From Simkaniaceae bacterium (GTDB lineage Bacteria > Chlamydiota > Chlamydiia > Chlamydiales > Simkaniaceae), in the NCBI GenBank assembly GCA_050248615.1, contig JBFWSA010000041.1, forward strand, positions 1 through 17,584: a stretch of DNA of 17,584 nucleotides, in the 5' to 3' direction. Of the stretch, positions 14,060 to 17,584 are shown in pieces. The notes under the pieces are model-generated. The model was not told the DNA's origin. It did not search any database and worked only from the letters and a program-made list of their open reading frames with translations. Both the position numbers and the translations under genes were made by a program. Positions within the stretch are counted from its first letter, which is position 1. Every line of letters begins with the position of its first letter.

Positions 14060-14947
14060 TTAAAAAAGGAGGGGAAAGGAGTGGCTCAAGGGGATATGGA
14101 GGGCCTCAGCCTGAACAATCTTGCTCATTTTTTCTTGAATCTCTTCAAGAGAGGGAAGAGGACAAGACAAGCAGGCTTGAAGCTCCTCTTTTTTGTCCTG
14201 GTAAAAGAGGTAAGAGGGGTCCCCTCCCTCTTTTAAGAGGTGGAGATCGCGGTAGAAATAGAAAAGATAGGAGAGGGCCTCTTCAGGATCTTCTATTTCC
14301 CCATAGTCTTTGAACGAAGGGTTTTCTTTGTACAAGAGACGGACGCCAAAATCAAACATGTGGAGAGAAAGGGTATCTTCTTGTGCGGAGAGTTTTAGGG
14401 CTTTTTCTAAGCTCCCCTGAGAAAGAAAGGCGATGCGCCTGGCTTCTTCTTCGGTTTTTTCGGTTTTAAGGTAAGTCATCAGTTCTTCTTCGGTAAGAAG
14501 GGAAAAGGGAACCCGAAAACACCGCGAGGTAATGGTGGGAAGGAGCGCTTCAGAATGGGAGGTGATCAGAATGATCACGCAGCGGCTCACAGGTTCTTCA
14601 AGAGTTTTTAAAAGGGCGTTCATGCTTGTAGGAAGCATCCGTTCGGCTTCATGAATGAGAAACACTTTGCACTCCCCTTCAAAGGGGGGCATTTCGGTCT
14701 CTTTGATAAACTCGCGCAGAGAGTGCATTGGATGGAGATGGCCTTTCCCTTCGGGGAAAAGCTCGCGAAAATCGGGGTGGTGTTTTTTTTCACTCTTGAG
14801 AAGTTGCTTGGCAAAGGCTTGTGCAAACACACTTTTTCCTACCCCCTTGGGTCCTTCAAATAGGAGGGCATGGGGGGTATTTTGGAGAAGCTTTTTTAGG
14901 GAGTGTTTGACGTGGGGGTTTCCGGGAAGATCTTCTAGTGTAGACAT
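14060..14947 (-). CDS. holB: DNA polymerase III delta' subunit
   Basis: HALLFEGPKGVGKS, HPDF, KVFLIHEAERM, NALLKTLEEP, LLPTITSRC, YRDL. Directly downstream of tmk (13-nt overlap). Confidence 0.92.
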   Translation of the reverse strand: MSTLEDLPGNPHVKHSLKKLLQNTPHALLFEGPKGVGKSVFAQAFAKQLLKSEKKHHPDFRELFPEGKGHLHPMHSLREFIKETEMPPFEGECKVFLIHEAERMLPTSMNALLKTLEEPVSRCVIILITSHSEALLPTITSRCFRVPFSLLTEEELMTYLKTEKTEEEARRIAFLSQGSLEKALKLSAQEDTLSLHMFDFGVRLLYKENPSFKDYGEIEDPEEALSYLFYFYRDLHLLKEGGDPSYLFYQDKKEELQACLSCPLPSLEEIQEKMSKIVQAEALHIPLSHSFPLLF

Positions 14948-15582
14948 AGGGTGGAATCGATTTCTTGAATGGCTAGGGTGAAAACCACATCGGTCGGCTC
15001 TGTGGCATCAATGACATGGAAACGCTCGGGCTCTTCTTTAGCAAAGGAGAGGAAAGCTGCGCGGACTTTCTGATGGAAAGAGAGCCCTTCTTTTTCTAAG
15101 CGATCATAGGTGCCCCCTTTCCCCTTTTGGGCCCGCACGAGCCCAATTTCGGGATCGAGATCGAGAAAAAGGGTGAGATCGGGAACAAGATCGCTGACTG
15201 CAAAAGCGCAAAAGCTTTTGAGTTGGGCGCGGTCAAAGGCGCGTGCAGCCCCTTGATAGGCTAGCGTTGAGTCGTTGAAACGATCGCAAAGAACGATTTT
15301 TTCTTCTTCGAGAGCAGGTAGGATCACTTCATGGACATGCTGCGCGCGATCTGCTAAAAAAAGGAAGAGCTCGGCCCGCTTGGTGGGATGAAACTCTTTT
15401 TGGTGGAGGACAAGGTCTCGGATTTGCTGTCCAAGACGTGTCCCCCCTGGCTCTCTCGTTTTGATAACGGCATGCCCTTTGGCTGTGAGGTAGTCGAAAA
15501 CGCGATCAATAAGGGTTGTTTTACCAACACCCTCTCCTCCTTCAAAGGTAATGAAGAACCCTTTATTTTTTTTCTTCTTCAT
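14935..15582 (-). CDS. tmk: Thymidylate kinase
   Basis: FITFEGGEGVGKTT, TREPGGT, ELFLFLADRAQH, VLCDRF.DSTLAYQG, PDLTLFLD, DRLE, FHQKVR. True start ATG 15582 (215 aa), overlapping the gyrA 3' end by 20 nt. Confidence 0.96.
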   Translation of the reverse strand: MKKKKNKGFFITFEGGEGVGKTTLIDRVFDYLTAKGHAVIKTREPGGTRLGQQIRDLVLHQKEFHPTKRAELFLFLADRAQHVHEVILPALEEEKIVLCDRFNDSTLAYQGAARAFDRAQLKSFCAFAVSDLVPDLTLFLDLDPEIGLVRAQKGKGGTYDRLEKEGLSFHQKVRAAFLSFAKEEPERFHVIDATEPTDVVFTLAIQEIDSTLCLH

Positions 15583-17584
15583 CCACGTTTTCTTCTTCGA
15601 TGTGCTCGATCTTTTGCATGGCAACGAGTGTGTCACTGTTTTTAAGATTGACGACTTTGACCCCTTGTGTTGAGCGTCCCATGACACGAATATCTTGCAT
15701 ACTTAATCTGAGGGTGTGTCCAGAGCTGGCCATTAAGACCACGCTATCTTTATCACCAACTGCTAAAGCGCCTACAACGGGGCCATTCCGCTTACTCGTA
15801 ATGATAGAGCGCACGCCAACTCCCCCTCGGTTAGTATGTCTAAAGTCATCGACGCTAGACCGTTTCCCAAAGCCATTTTCACAAACCACAAGGACGGTTT
15901 CGGTTCCTTTCACAACTTCGCAAGAAACCACATAGTCTGCAGATCCTTTAAGTCTTACGCCACGCACTCCTCGTGCCACGCGCCCCATTGCACGGACTTG
16001 GTCTTGATCAAAACGCACTGCCATTCCTCCGTGCGTGAAAAGCATCACTTGCTCGGTAGGGCGTACGATATGGGCTGCAATCACCTCATCCCCTGTATCA
16101 ATATTGATCGCATACACCCCTTTACGACGTGGGGAATTAAACGATTCTAATAGGGTCTTTTTCACAACACCATTCTTTGTTGCCAGAAGAATCGAGGCCT
16201 CTTGTTCATCGAAATTACGGACACGGAGTTGCGCAGCAATCCGCTCTCCTTCACTTAACCCTTCGAGAAGGTTAACGAGGGGTTTTCCTTTCGTACGTCT
16301 TCCTGCTTCAGGAATCTGCCAGACTTTGACCCAATAGACGCGACCAAAATTGGTAAAGATCATGAGGGTATCGTGAGTCGATGCTACATAGATATCTTTA
16401 ATCGCATCGGTTTCTTTTTTGTGATCGAAACCAATCACACCTTGACCGCCACGACGCTGCTCTCTAAAGGTATTGATCGGCATCCGTTTGATATAATCAT
16501 CGTCAGAAATCGTGATGATCACAGGTTCATCCGCAATGAGGTCTTCCATCTGGAATTCTTCTTCAGCAGGAACGATCTGCGTTTTTCTCTCGGATTTGTC
16601 GTACTTCACAACTTCATCGAGTTCGTCTTTGATAATGCCACGCACGAGGGTTTCACTGGCCAAAACGGCGCGGAAGTGGGCGATTTTCGCTTGAAGGTCG
16701 CTATACTCTTCTTCAATCTTCCCTTTTTCCAGTCCTGTGAGCTGGTAAAGGCGGAGGTCTAAAACGGCATTTGCTTGACGCTCGGTAAATTCAAAGGTTT
16801 CAATGAGCCCCTTTTTTGCTTCCTCCCGGTCAGTGCTTGCCCGAATGAGCTTGACGACCGCATCGAGGTGATCTAGAGCTTTGAGATACCCTTCTAAGAT
16901 ATGGGCACGGGCTTCCGCTTTCGCCAGTTCAAAACGGGTGCGGGCACGGACAACTTCAATCCGATGGTCAACCCAAGCAGCAATCATCTGCTTAATGTTC
17001 ATAATGCGGGGAAGACCATTATCGAGTGCCAACATATTGCAGCCAAAAGTGACCTGCATATCGGTAAATTTATAGAGCTGGTTGATCACGACATCGGGAA
17101 TTTCCCCTCTTTTGAGGTCAATAACAATACGCATCCCCTGCTTGTCAGATTCATCACGGATATCTGAAACTCCTGTAATTGCCTTGTCATTGACAAGCTC
17201 GGCAACCCGTTCAATTAAACGGGATTTATTGACGTTGTAAGGGACTTCATCAATCACAAGCTTTTGACGATCACTCCCCTTTTGATCTTCAATGTGAATG
17301 AGACCTCGCAGAGTGAGTTTACCTCGCCCTGTATGGAAGGCTTCTTTGATGCCGCGGTATCCACAGATCATTCCTCCTGTAGGAAAATCAGGAGCAGGCA
17401 TCACTTCCATGATTTCATCGATCGTAATATTGGGATCATCAATAAGGAGCTGGGTAGCTCTGACAAGTTCTCCTAAGTTGTGGGGAGGAATATTGGTCGC
17501 CATCCCCACCGCGATCCCTGAAGATCCGTTACAAAGAAGATTCGGAAATTTTGCAGGAAAAACGGTAGGCTCTTTTTTCGTTTC
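15563..17584 (-). CDS. gyrA: DNA gyrase subunit A, 5' end outside the window
   Basis: Frame is open to the window edge (ETKKEPTVFPAKFPNLLCNGSSGIAVGMATNIPPHN), with PDFPTGG, IRDESD, ARAHILEG, GyrA-box-like QRRGGQG, beta-pinwheel repeats (R.MGR.A.GV, NRGGVGV, MGRSTQGV) and an acidic C-terminal tail. Confidence 0.98.
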   Translation of the reverse strand, partial: ETKKEPTVFPAKFPNLLCNGSSGIAVGMATNIPPHNLGELVRATQLLIDDPNITIDEIMEVMPAPDFPTGGMICGYRGIKEAFHTGRGKLTLRGLIHIEDQKGSDRQKLVIDEVPYNVNKSRLIERVAELVNDKAITGVSDIRDESDKQGMRIVIDLKRGEIPDVVINQLYKFTDMQVTFGCNMLALDNGLPRIMNIKQMIAAWVDHRIEVVRARTRFELAKAEARAHILEGYLKALDHLDAVVKLIRASTDREEAKKGLIETFEFTERQANAVLDLRLYQLTGLEKGKIEEEYSDLQAKIAHFRAVLASETLVRGIIKDELDEVVKYDKSERKTQIVPAEEEFQMEDLIADEPVIITISDDDYIKRMPINTFREQRRGGQGVIGFDHKKETDAIKDIYVASTHDTLMIFTNFGRVYWVKVWQIPEAGRRTKGKPLVNLLEGLSEGERIAAQLRVRNFDEQEASILLATKNGVVKKTLLESFNSPRRKGVYAINIDTGDEVIAAHIVRPTEQVMLFTHGGMAVRFDQDQVRAMGRVARGVRGVRLKGSADYVVSCEVVKGTETVLVVCENGFGKRSSVDDFRHTNRGGVGVRSIITSKRNGPVVGALAVGDKDSVVLMASSGHTLRLSMQDIRVMGRSTQGVKVVNLKNSDTLVAMQKIEHIEEENVDEEEKK

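Noticed and set aside
15583..15687. 35-residue N-terminal extension of tmk in the ORF track
   Set aside because: Lies within the gyrA coding sequence; Tmk homology begins just after ATG 15582.
15600..17476. Series of plus-strand ORFs antisense to gyrA, and similar short ORFs within nadB, murB, holB, dps and the 786-aa gene
   Set aside because: All are contained in strongly supported genes and show no recognisable motifs.
15563..17584. Topoisomerase IV ParC
   Set aside because: The GyrA-box-like QRRGGQG, full pinwheel domain, acidic tail and linkage to tmk-holB indicate GyrA.
1..17584. CRISPR array, tRNA/rRNA, IS element, prophage or anti-phage defence operon
   Set aside because: No regularly spaced repeats, cloverleaf, transposase, integrase or recognisable defence domain was found by eye, and intergenic gaps are short. 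A covariance-model and HMM scan would be needed to exclude small or divergent elements.

Overview
Gene-dense bacterial chromosomal segment, most likely from an environmental member of Chlamydiota (inference). It carries the chlamydial gene orders gyrA-tmk-holB and nusB-murB with a YtqB-like methyltransferase nearby, but also a canonical folC and nadB, which Chlamydiaceae lack. Housekeeping genes are gyrA (5' end outside the window), tmk, holB, nusB, murB, a PHP-domain hydrolase, folC, a YtqB/MnmM-type methyltransferase and nadB. Accessory genes lie between them: a secreted protein the ORF track missed (1-489, minus), a probable outer-membrane beta-barrel, an AT-rich convergent pair of effector-like genes (ankyrin protein and Cys-cluster protein), a helical orphan, a short MgtC, Dps, a DEDD-type exonuclease with a variant active site, and a small two-lobed membrane protein. 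The most notable item is a 786-aa membrane-anchored orphan with a Cys-X5-Arg (CKLDIDRG) motif, a candidate phosphoinositide or protein phosphatase effector. No rRNA, tRNA, CRISPR array, transposase or integrase was recognised. All calls come from reading motifs by eye; no database searches were run.
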